In this document: positions 1-13,599 of the stretch, in pieces
How the letters are laid out: the number at the start of each line of letters is the position of its first letter
Numbering within the stretch: position 1 is the stretch's first letter
Origin: Gracilinanus agilis
Taxonomy: Eukaryota
Assembly (NCBI RefSeq): GCF_016433145.1
Contig: NC_058133.1
Coordinates: 68,605,626-68,669,625, forward strand
Direction: 5' to 3'
DNA: 64,000 bases
Translations under genes and position numbers: made by a program
The notes under the pieces: generated by a model
Databases searched by the model: none
What the model was told of the DNA's origin: nothing
Seen by the model: the letters and a program-made list of their open reading frames with translations, nothing else

Positions 1-479
1 TGCTATACCTCTTGGTGCATATATATTGAGCAGTGTTATTTCCTCATTGTTTATACTGCCTTTAATCAGGATGTAATGACCTTCCCTGTCTTTTTTTTTT
101 TTTTTTTTTCTTTTTTTTTAAACCCTTACCTTCCGTCTTGGAGTCAATACTGTGTATTGGCTCCAAGGCAGAAGAGTGGTAAGGGTAGGCAATGGGGGTC
201 AAGTGACTTGCCCAGGGTCACACAGCTGGGAAGTGTCTGAGGCCAGATTTGAACCTAGGACCTCCCGTCTCTAGGCCTGGCTCTCAATCCACTGAGCTAC
301 CCAGCTGCCCCTTTCCCTGTCTTTTTTAATCATATCTATTTTTACTTTGGCTTTGTCAGAGATCATGATAGCCACTCCTGCCTTCTTTTTCTCATTTGAT
401 GCCCAAAAGATTTTGCTCATACCCTTAACCTTGAACTTGTGTGTGTCTACCCACCTCATATGTGTTTCTTGTAGACAAC
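1..479 (-). mobile_element. L1 ORF2 endonuclease-domain fragment, interrupted by a SINE
   Basis: Minus-strand translation KFKVKGMSKIFWASNEKKKAGVAIMISDKAKVKIDMIKKDRE is typical L1 EN. The frame resumes left of the SINE. Confidence 0.9.
97..311 (-). mobile_element. Young SINE1_Mdo-type SINE
   Basis: Full head, CORE and tail with poly(A). TSD TTCCCTGTCTTTTTT at 82-96 and 313-327. Confidence 0.92.
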
Positions 480-999
480 CCCAATGTATTTTTTGGGGGG
501 GAGGAAGGGGGACCGAACCTTCCTTACAAACTCAATTTGTTTGCTCTTTTTACACATGTTTCCAGAGCTACCCCCCTATAGCCTTCCATGTCCTTATTCC
601 CAGGCACCAAAACAGAAGAAAAGCCAAACAGATCACAGCAATCAAAAGAGAAAGTTATGCAACATCCTTATTTCACTAAAAAAAAACCCTAGAGGTTAGG
701 AACGTTGATAAGAAACATTATGACATTTTCAAATTATTCAATAAATATTAAATTAGTAGTTACTCTTCAACTAATGGTTTGAGGGAGGAAGAAGGTGAAA
801 GAGGACAGCTTGTAGAAATGACCACTAAGGAAAACAAAGTAACAAAAACCACAGCTAAAGAACCATCCATCTTCCTTGCTACCTCTTGACCAACTGGTTA
901 ATGACTCTTCTTCCATTGTCTCTACCATTTTCATTTGAAGCAGTGGCTCAGTAGTAGAGCTGATTCTTATTATAGACATTTTACAAATGATTATTAGGT

Positions 1000-1002
<3 letters not shown>

Positions 1003-1040
<38 letters not shown>

Positions 1041-1050
1041 TGCGCGCGTG
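1003..1050. repeat. (TG)n microsatellite ending in (CG)n
   Basis: Seen directly in the sequence. Confidence 0.95.
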
Positions 1051-2571
1051 CTTAAAAGCTCAAGTGAATTTAGGGTTAGGGTTAATGAAACCAGTGTAGG
1101 AGATCAAAGATCAAAGCAGAAATGCTATTCATTACCTTGTTAACATACTAATCAATCCCTTTTAGAATATATGGATTCAAATCTATTTCTGCAGCATAAG
1201 CCTCTACTAAATATATAATATATTTCTGGGAAGGAATATTGCTAAGCATTTATTTATACAGTATAGCATTTTACGGTTTTCTTTTAAAATATTATTTTAT
1301 CACAACAGCATTTTTTTGGGGGGGAGATCAGTGCTATTATTATCATCTCTTTTATTATATATATGAGAAAACTGTGTTTAGTTTAGTTTAGTCCCTTGCT
1401 AAGGGTCAGGTCTTCCTGACCTCTGATCTACTTGTTTTTAGAAAGAAATGTTCTTTTGGCAAGAGTGATAAACTTTTGGAGGCATGGTCATGCTTTTAGA
1501 AGGACAGCTATATTTTCAAAAGGTAGCTTTGGATCTTTTATTTCCATTGATATAGGGAAGGATACATGTAAAAGATGGACAAGTTCTATTCTCTTGAGGA
1601 ATTGATGCCAATAGAAAAAGTATGGATTCCTCTGTTATCTTCTTAAAGGTCCCAAAAGAGGACATTTAGGGGAGACTTATGATTGTAAAATGAATTTTGA
1701 AAAGGATGATACTGGAAATAAACTAGAAAAATCATTGCTGGAGTTTTGATTTTTAGATTTTTAAGCCTTCCTTTGTAATTCGTCCACCTGAGTGAATAAC
1801 TTTAATTTCTGTTTTAATAGTTAAGCTCAATGAACTTCTTGTTTGGGTTGTTTTTATTTATATTTATGAAATAAAATCAAAATTCTAAAGATCTGTTTAA
1901 AAAACCCAAAACTATGTCTAGAAAAATCTTCCAGGTATGTAGAGCTTTTTACAGAATTTAGTGTTCCCATGAAGGAATATTTGTTGATCAGTTGGTGGCA
2001 GTACAATCCAGCTCTTTGCTGTCAAAGGAAAGACCTTGACTTGGAGCTAGGAAACCTCAGCATTTCTTGTATTCAGTTTTTCCCAACTTGGCTAACTATT
2101 TAGTCAGTTATGTCCCATTTTATAGCTTCCTGGTTAGTTATGCTTTTTTTCCCCTCTGAATTATTTTTAGAATCAAACAAAAAAAAAAAGTCAGAACTTA
2201 GAAGCTTAATCTGTTTAGGAAATTTCACAGATACATAAATCAGGTCTTTCTACAAAATTTTCTCTGACAATTATATCATGGCTTAATGCTTCACTGGTAA
2301 TATACTTATTAAGCATTTCATAAGAACCTTGCTTTCATTGGTCTGGGTGTTCTTTGGGGGAAAAATGTCTTCCGGTGAGCATTCTTCTGATGATGAGCTT
2401 TCTCAATCTCTATGATCCTTGGCTGAGAGTCCATTCCTATTCATATAACTTGAATCCTTTTCAGTTGTGTAAAATAACTGGTGGTCCATGGACATACATA
2501 GCCTTTGAGATCCTGACAAGCCATAGTGAGGCATCTGAATAGGACATGAATGAAGAAGGTTATATATTATA

Positions 2572-2903
2572 CAGGGTGTCCCAAAAGTCTTTAGGAAATT
2601 TTAAGCTATTTGACCTATTAAAACTTAAGTAGGGGGCAGCTGGGTAGCTCAGTGGATTGAGAGCCAGGCCTAGAGACGGGAGGTCCTAGGTTCAAATCTG
2701 ACCTCAGACACTTCCCAGCTGTGTGACCCTGGGCAAGTCACTTGACCCCCATTGCCCACCCTTACCACTCTTCTGCCTTGGAGCCAATACACAGTATTGA
2801 CTCCAAGACGGAAGGTAAGAGTTTAAAAAAAAAAAACACAAAACAATCTTAAGTAAATATTTAAATAAAATTAATTAAATTAAAATTACTTAAGGTATAC
2901 CTG
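2572..2903. mobile_element. Tc1/mariner-type MITE interrupted by a SINE
   Basis: TA-flanked CAGGGTGTCCCAAAAG start and degenerate ...ACCTG-TA end. Confidence 0.55.
2632..2847 (+). mobile_element. Young SINE1_Mdo-type SINE
   Basis: Full-length copy. CTTAAGTA duplicated at 2624-2631 and 2848-2855. Confidence 0.92.
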
Positions 2904-3029
2904 TATACTACTTTAAAATTTTTCAAAACACTTCTCCCTCTGTTCACTTAAATAATTTGGAAGATCCAAAGATAATTGGTCACTGCCTTTCACATTCCAA
3001 ATGGTGATCTAATTGTTTTTTTTCTTTTC

Positions 3030-3226
3030 TTTTTTTTTTTAACCCTGACCTTCTGTCTTAGAGTTAATACTATGCATTGGTTCCAGGACAGAGGAGGGAT
3101 AAGGGCTAGGCACTAGAGATTAAGTAACTTGACCAGGGTTACACAGGTAGGAAGGATCTGAGTCCAGATTTGAACCTCACATTTGCTGGCCTGGTTCTCT
3201 ATCCTCTGAGCCCCCTAGTTGCCCCC
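3030..3226 (-). mobile_element. Older SINE1-type SINE
   Basis: Diverged reverse complement of the same family. Confidence 0.8.
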
Positions 3227-3365
3227 AACCACTTGTTTTTGAACTTAAAAATCACAGAATAACTTAATAAAATTTTATTAATTTAATAATTATATTAGTT
3301 TTAAAAAATTTTATTTCATGTCAATGGAGTCAAAAGGTTAAAACAACAACAAAAGTATTTGATTG

Positions 3366-3366
<1 letters not shown>

Positions 3367-3416
<50 letters not shown>
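3367..3416. repeat. (TG)n microsatellite, about 50 bp
   Basis: Seen directly in the sequence. Confidence 0.95.
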
Positions 3417-3418
<2 letters not shown>

Positions 3419-4000
3419 CGATGTTTAGGTTAATTAAGAAAAGCAGGTAAATATTTTACATACTTTAAAAGCCTTTTAACAAATTACCCATATATGGCTA
3501 ATCCATGATTCCCTTGTTCCTGAATTACTATGGTTTGAAGGCATTGTCCTGGATTGGGTATATAGAATTTGAGTTTCTGTGCTATAATTTTTCTTATCAG
3601 AAATTCACACACATACCAAGGCTCCCATCACAAATCTGAGAGCTGTCGCCTCATAATGGCCCCATGGAGTCAGCTTTTGTCCCACAAATCTATGCTGATG
3701 CCTTATTTTGGATGGAAGGAAAGTTTCTCCTTCTAATTTTTGAGAACTCCACAGGCAAAATTATTTATCTGTCTGCCTTCCAAATGAAAGTTCCCAGAGA
3801 AGTGGAGCAGCAAAAAAATAGCCAGGAGCTAGTACTTACCACCTTTATGAATCAGTCCCTCAAGTCCATGGTTAATGATGACAAGATGCTGGTAAAAAAT
3901 AAAAATGAAAAGATTATGAAACTTAAATAATCCCTATCTAAAATATTGCCAGTTCCTAACCAAAAATCTAAGTGCTTCTTAAACTAAAGATATGATTATA

Positions 4001-4220
4001 GGTGGCAGCTGGGTAGCTCAGTGGATTGAGAGCCAGGCCTAGAGACGGGAGGTCCTAGGTTCAAATCTGGCCTCAGACCCTTCCTAGCTGTGTGACCCTG
4101 GGCAAGTCACTTGACCCCCATTGCCCACCCTTACCACTCTTCTGCCTTGGAGTGAATACACAGTATTGACTCCAAGATGGAAGGCAAGGGCTTTAAAAGC
4201 AAACAAATAAATAAATAAAC
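4001..4220 (+). mobile_element. Young SINE1_Mdo-type SINE
   Basis: Full-length copy. Near-identical TSD aagatatgattata / aaggtatgattata. Confidence 0.92.
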
Positions 4221-4565
4221 GAAGGTATGATTATACCCAAATCCTATTCTGTGCTCTTTCAGACTCTGTTCTACTTTTGCTGATCACCCCATTTTGGCCA
4301 CAGATCTGAAAAAGTACCACCATCCAGGTTTTGCTGGGAGATATCCCTGGAGAATCCAGGCTTCTATTTTTTTCTGTAATTCTTACTAGTGTGCCTCTCA
4401 GGATAAAATAGAATTTATCTAATGTGCTGCTGGGGTCAGTGATTCACAATAAAAATTAATGTCTGTCATCTTGATATTTTATTTAGCCAGATATGGGAAA
4501 CTAGGCTGAAGCATTTTAAAAAACACCAAAAACAAAAACAACAACAACAAAAAACAATCTTTATT

Positions 4566-4755
4566 TGGGAGGCAATTAGGTGGCTCAGTGGATTGAGAAC
4601 CAGACCTAGAAAGAGGTCTAAATCTGACCTCAGACACTTTCTAGATTTGTGACCCTGGTCTGACTTAAGTCATTTAACCCCCATTGTGTAGCCCTTACCT
4701 CTCTTCTGCCTTAGAACCAAATCACAATATTGAGGCAGAAGAAGTGTTTAAAAAC
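4566..4755 (+). mobile_element. Older SINE1-type SINE
   Basis: Diverged head, CORE and tail. Confidence 0.8.
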
Positions 4756-5260
4756 CAAACCAAAACATTGTTTGATACCAGTGATGATGCTGGCTCCATA
4801 GAAAGTACTAAAATTCACTTAGCTTCCCCGAAAGACCAACAAAAGAAAAACAGATCCTGACTGCCATACTGTTTGACTTGTTGCTCACTGTTTGGTTAAG
4901 GAAAATTTGCCTGAAAGGTCTAAAAGACAGTGGTTGATACTCTTAAAATAAAAGTGGTTACCTCTCCTTGGAATTTCATTGAATAGCACTATTGGAGAAA
5001 ATATTTCTAAATATTTTCCTATTGAAACCTTATTCGGCACAGTGGAACTCCATATCTGCTACTTAATACAAAACATTTTTTAATAAAGAGATAATTTTTT
5101 AAAATCCCAACACCATAGGAAAAATACCAATTACCCTTTGAGTTTGTAGCTTTTATGAGTCTTGGATTTTCAAGTTTGGGGTTATATATTTCACTTTAGT
5201 TTAACCCAAAATCTGGTGAAAATATAGCAATATAGACATAACAGGTTCATATATAAGTTC

Positions 5261-5798
5261 TGTCCCAAAACCCATTGGTAGGGGACCCTGCCCTTTTTGG
5301 TGAATACGAGGTCTCTGTCTTACGTGAAGGGCACAGAGGAGTTGGTAAGCTTAACCAGCCCCCCTTTGGGCACTCTCCCAGAGGGAATCTTCTTTAAGCA
5401 TCACGTTTCTCCAGATGCTCCAGGTTTCCAGCTTTGAGAGAGAAGATGGACGAGGCCAATCCCACTTCAGTTTGCTGAAGGAAAAGACAGGAGGGAAAGG
5501 TGGCCATTTCCATCGTATCCCTATTCCTGGTTTACTACTACAGAGACTGAGGAGTTTGTCCTTGGGTGAGATTCAAGATCTTCTTTCTTGGTTTAGCTGA
5601 GTTATCTCATTCCCAGTGGAAGAACTCCTCTCTGGAGTTTTTTTTTTTTTTTTTTTGTCTGGTAGGCATTCTCCTATATCTCAATCCTGACTTCTGTTCT
5701 GCTATGTTTTGGATAAATGAGTATCTCTGCTATTTGCTATGCATGTTCAGTGTGGAACTGGTATTTGGCAGGGATATAGAGCCTACCATCCCATGACA
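5261..5798. mobile_element. Probable solo LTR
   Basis: TGTC...GACA termini, 538 bp, GC-richer than the flanks. TSD imperfect (aagttc / aaagtt). Confidence 0.5.
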
Positions 5799-6739
5799 AA
5801 AGTTGGATGGAACTCAGTCATATCCCTTATGTGAAAGATTTACAGGAACAGAGAGAGACAGACTTCTAGCCCCATCTCTCTGAGGACAGCAGAGTGGTGG
5901 TCTTCTGTTAACTCAACTGGCAGAAATCAAAGTCTTCCTTGGAGAAGGGCAGGGAAAGAATACACTAGAAATATTTATTCTCTCCCTTCAAGCCACACAC
6001 AGTAACCCCTATTCCTTGTCTGCAATACATGGACCTTTTCTTGCACACATTAGAACCACCATACTCTGTTGTTACACATGGTGGCTACACGTTTATGGTA
6101 GACCATTTAATTCCCTGCTTTTCCTTACACCTGCACTGGACACTGGCCTATCTGGTGCTTTTCTCATTCAATTCAATGAACATTTGGAGTCAGGAAAATC
6201 TGATTTCAATTCTAGCTTCTGACCTATACTGGCTGGACAAACCACTTACTGGACAAAGACTTTGCTGGATGGGCAGCCTTAGGTAATGCATCAGGAGTAG
6301 AAGGGACAGAATTATTGTAGACATTCCTTGGAAGAGGGAGTTTCCTTTCTGAGAATTTCTGACCCTGGATGAAATCAAGGTCTAGAATCTCTACTCCCTT
6401 CTTCCAAAAAAAGAAAAAAAATAGAAAAAAAATGCTTTGCTAGGCATTGGTTGTACAAAAACAACTAAGAAATACCTTTCCTCAGTGATCTTAGATTTTA
6501 TTGGTCAGAAAGACTTAGGAAAACAAGGATTGTATGAGTACTACTATGTTAAAGACTCCCATTTTTTGGTGGAGATAAGAGGAAGTGGCAGAAGTTGGAG
6601 ATGGGATAAGAAGCAAACAGCTCTTTAATATTACCTTAGAGACTGTTGTCTAAGAGACTGATGCGCAGTGACTAGTGGCTTTCAACTGATAGCCAAATAT
6701 TAGAACATATTTTGTTACTTTTGTTTCTATTGTTGGGAT

Positions 6740-8180
6740 TTCTTTGATTTTTCCAACTGTTCTCATTTTGGACTTCTCCAAATGGCTCTCGTATCAGGTC
6801 CCTCTCTTACTCTCACCTCCAGACTCATTTCTTATTCACCCAGCTCTTTCCAGGTCTGGAACCATGATCAAAAATCAGCTGTGGCACTGTTCCCAGAAAA
6901 GGTGGATCAATCTACTCTTCTAGGAGTAACATTCCAGACCAAAACCCTTCCTTGGCCATGGTGCTCCTATACATATTATATTGAGGTCAGGGACAGTCTT
7001 TACTTTTGTACTTCTATCTCCAGAGCCAAACATGGTGCTTGGCATAAAGAAAGGGCTCCATAAATGCTTATTTATTTATTTTCTACCCAATGGTGAAAAT
7101 GGCCCACGAATGAAATCAAACCTTGAACAGAGAGATCTAGCCTCAGATGAGACAAGAGGAACAAAGGAGATTGTCTTGGCTGAAGCTGCAAAGAACATTG
7201 ACTCAGCTGAGAGTTAGTCTCTGTGTCTTGGCACTCCATAGATAGAAGATTTTTATTCTGACACAAATTCTACCAAAAGTTTTTATTGGTGCTCAGCCCC
7301 ATAATTGTGTGATGTTGTAAGTCTAAAGGATCCTGATTGTGAAGGAAGAAACGATCTAGGCAGAAATTTTTAGTAACTGAGGGAAATGGGAATATGATCA
7401 CATGAGAATTAAATTCTAGTAATGGAACAAAATGGTGTGCTAGCCTTGTTTTATAAGACATAAAAGCTGCTGACAGAAACCTACCTGTGCCCAAGGAGAA
7501 GCACAAAGGTATTCATTCCTGTTTTCCTCTAACCTTATCATAGCTTTGCAGGACTGTTCTGAGAATATGGTGCCTCCCTTGGCTTTCCTGGTTATATGCT
7601 AGCCTGATTCTTTTCCTGTCTTATTCCCCAACCTCACTGATTCCTTTTTTCCCTCATAAAAGACACTCTCTCTTCTTATGAATTTTCACTGGCCTTCCCT
7701 GAATGCTCCCTCTCTCTTTATCTCTGCCTTCTGGTTTTCCTGATTTTCTTAAAGTCTCAGCTAAATTCTCATCTTCTGTAAGAAGTCTTACTTGATGTCC
7801 CTTGATCCTAGCTAGTGCCTTCTCTGAGATGATCTCCATTTTATCTTTAAAAATAAAACAGAAAAAACCCTTACCTTCTGTCTTCAATTTCAAGGCAGAA
7901 CATCAGTAAGAGCTAGGCAGTAGGAGTTTAGTGACTTGCTCAGGGTCACACAACTAGAAAATATTTGAGGCCAGATTTGAACCTAGGATCTCCCATCTCC
8001 AGTCCTGGCAATATATCTTGTATAGATATTGTTTGTACATAGCTATTTGCATGTTATTGCCCCCTTAGAATGTTAGCACCCTGAAGGTAGGATTTATTTT
8101 TTTGTTATTTTTTTCTGTATCATTAGAGCTTAGAACAGTACCCTGGCATATAGTAGGCAATAAATGCTTTTTGACTGACC
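6740..8180 (+). mobile_element. L2 3' fragments, with a minus-strand SINE1-type copy at about 7857-8005
   Basis: L2-type tails (...catggtgcttggcataaaga..., ...cctggcatatagtaggcaataaatgc). Confidence 0.65.
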
Positions 8181-8501
8181 CTACTGACTATTCTCCTTGG
8201 TAGTTGATCATAGAGTGTCTTTTATTGTTATTTAAATGTTTCACATGTATTTTCCTATATGCCAATCTATCCTCCAGTAAAAACAGTTCTATCTTCTCTG
8301 AACTTACTTGTTTTTCCAACCATATTAAAAAATTTAATTTTATCATTTCCCCAAGATGCTTTAGCTTTATCTACTTCCTGCTTTATTCTCAGAACATATT
8401 TTTTGCCAATTGAATTTCTTCTTCTAATTCCTTAAGTGTTTTTATTATCCATTTCATTGTATATTTGGATATTTCTAGTTTTTCAAAAATTATTATTATG
8501 A

Positions 8502-8617
8502 ACCCGGCCTCAGCCACTTCCCAGCTGTGTGACCCTGGGCAAGTCACTTGACCCCCATTGCCCACCCTTACCAATCTTCCACCTATGAGACAATACACCG
8601 AAGTACAAGGGTTAAAA
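8502..8617 (+). mobile_element. 5'-truncated young SINE (tail variant C)
   Basis: Perfect 17-bp TSD AAAAATTATTATTATGA at 8485-8501 and 8618-8634. Confidence 0.92.
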
Positions 8618-11411
8618 AAAAATTATTATTATGAGGGCTCTTTCAGTAAAATTTTTCTATTGTTTTTGCCTTTTCCCCATTTCCTTTAATTCACAATATG
8701 TTTCCATCAGGTCAGAATTATTTTTTGCTTTGCTCAAGTTTTAAGTGGCTTTTGAAATTTCCTTTTTGAGAATTTCTGATGTTTTTAAAATCTTTTCAAA
8801 ATTTCTTTTGATGTCTGAGGGGAGAAAATGAGGAGATTCCCCTTTTAAGATTTAGATTTCCTTGAAACTTCTCACTCTATCCTTATACTTAAAAAAAATC
8901 CTTACTTTTTGTCTTAGAATTACTACTCCCATCTTCAAGCCTGGCTCTCTGTCCATTGAGCCACCCAGCTTCCCCTCTGTCATACTGTAAGTCTACATAA
9001 GTTTCATATGTGTTTGTTTTTTTTTTCACCAAATATATCTTGTTCCTGGAAGAACAAGATTAGGTCTTATAATTATTTTGCATTCCTGAGAACACCTAAC
9101 ACAGTTCTATGTTCATAAGTGCTTGATAACAAGTTAGGCAGAAGGGAAATACAATATGGTGGAAAGAATATGTGACAAAGTCAGAGAGAGACCTCACTTA
9201 CAATTCCAGATCCATCACTTCACTATGGAACTGGAGCCTCTCTGACCTTCAATATTCTCATCTTATCACGTGTGTGCATGTGTGCGTTGTTTAGTTATTT
9301 GTATTTCATCTCCCCTATTAGTGAGCTCCTTGAGACTAGAGTCTTTTAAAAAACCTTTCTTCATGTCCCCAACACTTAGCATAGTGTGTGGATGTAGTAC
9401 TTGCTTAATAAATGTTAAATGATTGACTAAATCTTCTCCAGGATAAAAACTACAAGGTCAAACTAAATAAGGATTAGTTGAAGGAATTTAGGATATTTAG
9501 TGTGAAGGGAAAAAAAAACATTTATTGGAGACCAGCCTAACTAAATACAGAGTTGGGTTCATCTTCAGGAGACTAAATACCAAGTGGTTAATTTTTTGGT
9601 GAGATGGTAGGAAAGGGGACGATTACTGTTATTAGTCTCATCGTTTCTAGTTCCACCATTTTCAGAATTTCTAACAACTTTACCTGAACACTTGGGTACT
9701 TTTAATTTGAGATTCCCTTATGAATGTATTGTGGAAAAAACTAAATGTCAATATTGACATTTTTGCTACAAATAGAAGCAGGAATTATAAAGAAGTTTTG
9801 GCTAATTGGAAATATGGTACAGAGGTTTTCCTTGGAGAGATCCATAATGAGTTGTCAGAGCTGATTTTCCCTTGTTTCCAAAGGCAGCAAGACACATCAT
9901 TTTGTGGGATGCTATCATATATCTATGACTGTAGACAAAAAGGTTTACTGTGATTATTATTTAGTTAGCATATCAATGTGTAAAGAAGTAGAGAAGCTCT
10001 ACAAACATCTCAGTAAGACTCTCCAAATTAAATGAAAATAGACTTTTAACACTCAATAATTTTAATGAAAAAGCAGACATAGGGGAGAGTGAATGGTGAA
10101 TAAGTATGCTGGAAGAGATGACTTAGGATCAAGAAAAAGAGCCCCAGAGCACCTAGAGAACTTAACCCTTCTTCAGGAAGAATTCAGAAGGCAATGGGCA
10201 TGGTGGTAAGCAGCCAGATATTGAGTCTACTGTACTTGCAAATCTATTAAGGGCCAGTACTTCTGTGGTCCTTGAAGCTATACTCATTGCACACATACAT
10301 ACTGCCCACAAAATAACAACATGGTTTTGCTTGAAAAAGTATGAGACTTAATAGGAACTATCAGCTTATAGACTAGTATGTGTCTTAGCTATCCTGAAAA
10401 TAGAATCCTTAGCATTAATTTTAAACATAAAATATAATTACTTCTGGAAAAAGGAAAACCCGGTAAGATCCCATGGATTAAAATCCTTCAGAGGAGGTCA
10501 ATCCAATTGAGATGAGAAATGCTCCAGAATGAAATTGTGATGACAAAATGGAAATGGAAACAGTTCCAGTGAGGAGGAAAAATGAGATTTGTCTGAAAAG
10601 ACCAATGTGGATGCACAAGGAACCCATTATCCAATGTAGACTTTTAGAAAAAATGCACAGAAAATAGAAGCAAGGCCAGCTAACAGAGAGGGAATATAAA
10701 GCATGGCATGGTCTCATAAAGTGTCATGAATTCTAAAGCTCAGAATGATCAGAGGCTGATGGAGGGAGTGAAGCTGAACAAATAGATTTTGGGTTTTTTG
10801 TTTGTAGGTATTAACTATTTGTGGAGAAAAGAGAAGATTAAAGAAGTAGATGGGTTAATGATAAACAGTAGAGAAAACATAGTTATTAAATTCGTATTTT
10901 GCTTCTTTTTTCTCTGCCAAGGACAATGACATGTATACTGGAAATAGAAACTGGAAAAATATCAAAAAATGACTCACTTGGAGTTGATACCCAAAATCAG
11001 TGAGGAGACACTAAGAGAGTATTTTCCTTTTTCTGCAGAATTCAAGTCAACTCCTTTATATGCTCCAAATCCTTAGGGCTTGACAGAAGAAGCAGGTGGG
11101 ATTGCCAAGCCACTATCAGTGATATTTGAAAGGCCATGCACAACAGGGGAGGTACCACATGATAGAAGGGAAAGTGTCCTCATTTCCAAAAAGAGAGAAC
11201 AAGAATCTAGAATCAGTGAGCCTGTGAACTTGACCTCGATTTCTTTGAAAATACTAGAAAGGATCCCCAAAGAGATAGTTAGCAAACATCTAGTAAATGA
11301 TTGCAAAGAGTCAGCATGATTTCATCAAGAACAGGTCATGCTAGACTAACCTCATTTACTTTTTTAGACAGTTTTAATAAATAAAGGAAATATCGTAGAT
11401 ATAGTTTACTT

Positions 11412-11620
11412 CATGGATTCTTAACTTTGTGTAATGGATCTCTTTGGCAAATGGGTAAAGCCTGCAGACCATTTCTCCACATATTTTAAAAAATATATAA
11501 AATCAAATGTGCATTGAAAAGAAACCAATTATAATGACAAGTGGCTATCAAAAATATAGACATATGTGTGTTTTATGTGTATAAAACCAAACATTTATGG
11601 TTCCAGGCTAAGAATCCCTG
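11412..11620. mobile_element. hAT (Charlie-like) MITE inserted in L3
   Basis: Degenerate TIRs catggattcttaac / gctaagaatccctg. The L3 sequence is continuous across it. Confidence 0.65.
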
Positions 11621-12034
11621 TTAACCTATATTTGAGCAAAGATTTTTATAAAATACCTCATACTATTCTTGTGGAGAAGTTGAAGAGAGATGGGCCAGTT
11701 GACAAGACAGTAAGGTGAATTCAGCATAAGCTGGATGGCCAGATTAAAAAAATATTTTTTAATGGTGCAGTATTGGGTTATCTCTGCAGATATACCATAA
11801 GAATCTAGACTTGGTCCTGTGTTGTTTAACAGTTTTATCAGTGGCATGGATGGAGGCACAGATGGTATTGTCATCATATTTACAAATGCCCCAGAAATGG
11901 GACAGATAGCAAACGACACTCTGAATGACTGAATTAGGATCCAGAAAGACCTTGACCAACTACAACACTGGCAGGAATCTTACTAGATGTAATTCATGAA
12001 ATTTAGTAAATGTAAATGTAAAGCTTGTACCTGT

Positions 12035-12068
<34 letters not shown>

Positions 12069-12390
12069 TAGGCGGCATAGGTAGACGGGTTCTGAAAACA
12101 ATCCAGAGTCATTTTGGCTTCTATCTTAGTATGAGTTTACATGGTATTGTCAGGACAAGAAGTGATAGGTCATGAGTTGCAATAGAAGAGTCATAGCTTC
12201 CAGGAACAGGAATGTGGTAATGCCACAGTACTCTGCCATCATCTGACCTCATTTGGAGTGAAGTACTGCATTCATTTCTGCCTGCCAAGCTTTAAGAAAG
12301 ATATTGATAAGCTTTAGTAAAGGATTTTGACTCCGGGGCATTAGGATCTGCTGAAGAAAACGACAATAGTTAATCTGCAGAAGAAAGGCT

Positions 12391-12615
12391 GGATTGCTAG
12401 GTGGCACACTGGATAGAGCCAAGATCAGCTGTATTCAAATCTGACCTCAAATACTTACTAGCCCTGTGACTGTGAGCCAGTCACTTGCCTCAATTTTGCC
12501 TCAGTTCCCTCATTTGTAAAATGAACTGGAAAAGGAAATGGAAAACTCTTCTACTATCTTTGCTAAGAAAACTCCAAATGGCATCATGAAGAGTTAGACA
12601 CAAACGAAACAAAGG
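12391..12615 (+). mobile_element. MAR1-type CORE-SINE
   Basis: tRNA-like head, CORE, and RTE-like tail (ggaaatggaaaactcttctactatctttgctaagaaaactcc). Confidence 0.8.
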
Positions 12616-13599
12616 AACAACAAAGTGGAATAACAGAATAGTATATTCAAACATTTGTAGATCTGTTGTGTTAAACGGGAATTTTTTTTTTTTTTACTCA
12701 AGATGGCAGAACAAGGGTGGAAGCTGCAAAGAGTTAAATTTAGGCTTGATTTCAAGAAAAGCTTCCAACAGTTTGAGCTGTCCAAAAGTGGGAAAGTCTC
12801 CCGTAAGAGATGATAGATTCTCTCTTCTTGCAGGCCTTTAGGCATAGGCTTGGAGGATCATTGTTTGTATATCATAGTAGGAATTGCTTGGTATATGAGG
12901 TGGACTCATATACCTTATCTGATATTTATAGTGAGAGGGTCATTGAAGAGCATTATTTCTTCTGTTATATTTTTAAAGAAATCTCAAATTAAAAAAAATA
13001 AGATAGTATTTATAGTATAATAAGATAGACATGCCTTGTTAGATTTGGGCTCTGTCAAATTAAATGCCTTTTTTAATCAACAAGAATCAAAATGGGACCC
13101 TATATTATTGCTATTTCTTTCCAAAAGAAGAAATGATGACTAACATTTATACAGCATCTCCAAACTCTTTAAAAACTAATATTATAGCTCAGTTTATAGA
13201 TACAGGAGACTTTCTTTGACTCCTTAACTCCAATCACAAAGTAACTCGGCTTCTTATGTTTCTGATTGTGTGTATATTTGTGGTCAGTTTCCATGATGAT
13301 TATGGATTACTCTATGATTATGGATCATGTAACAGTCTGAATTGAACCTGTGGTAATCTTGAAAATCATCAGATTGACCCAAAGAGTGTATTTTAGCTCA
13401 TTGTGGTCCACTTTCTTATTCTGCAAAGATATAGGAAATCAATGATAAGAATAGAAGAGAACCCATGGTGTTTGACTTCTGGCCTTATAAATAATGTTAC
13501 TATCAAAAGTACCTTTAATCAGAAAAAGCTGGAAAGATCTGCAGAAACTGATGCAGAAAGAAATAAGCAGAACTGGGAAAATGTTATACACAATAACAG

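Larger units (their letters stand above)
10440..12960 (+). mobile_element. L3/CR1 LINE fossil (ORF2 with RT start and 3' tail), interrupted by a hAT MITE, (CA)n and MAR1
   Basis: Translation at 11080-11319 (IAKPLSVIFERPCTTGEVP...PVNLTSISLKILERI) is a CR1-type RT start. CR1-like tail at about 12700-12950. Confidence 0.8.

Noticed and set aside
9720-9953. ORF with VNIDIFATNRS, faintly like the DIRS-element IDLFAS motif
   Set aside because: One short motif only. The downstream AFPP-type motif is absent, so it is likely chance.
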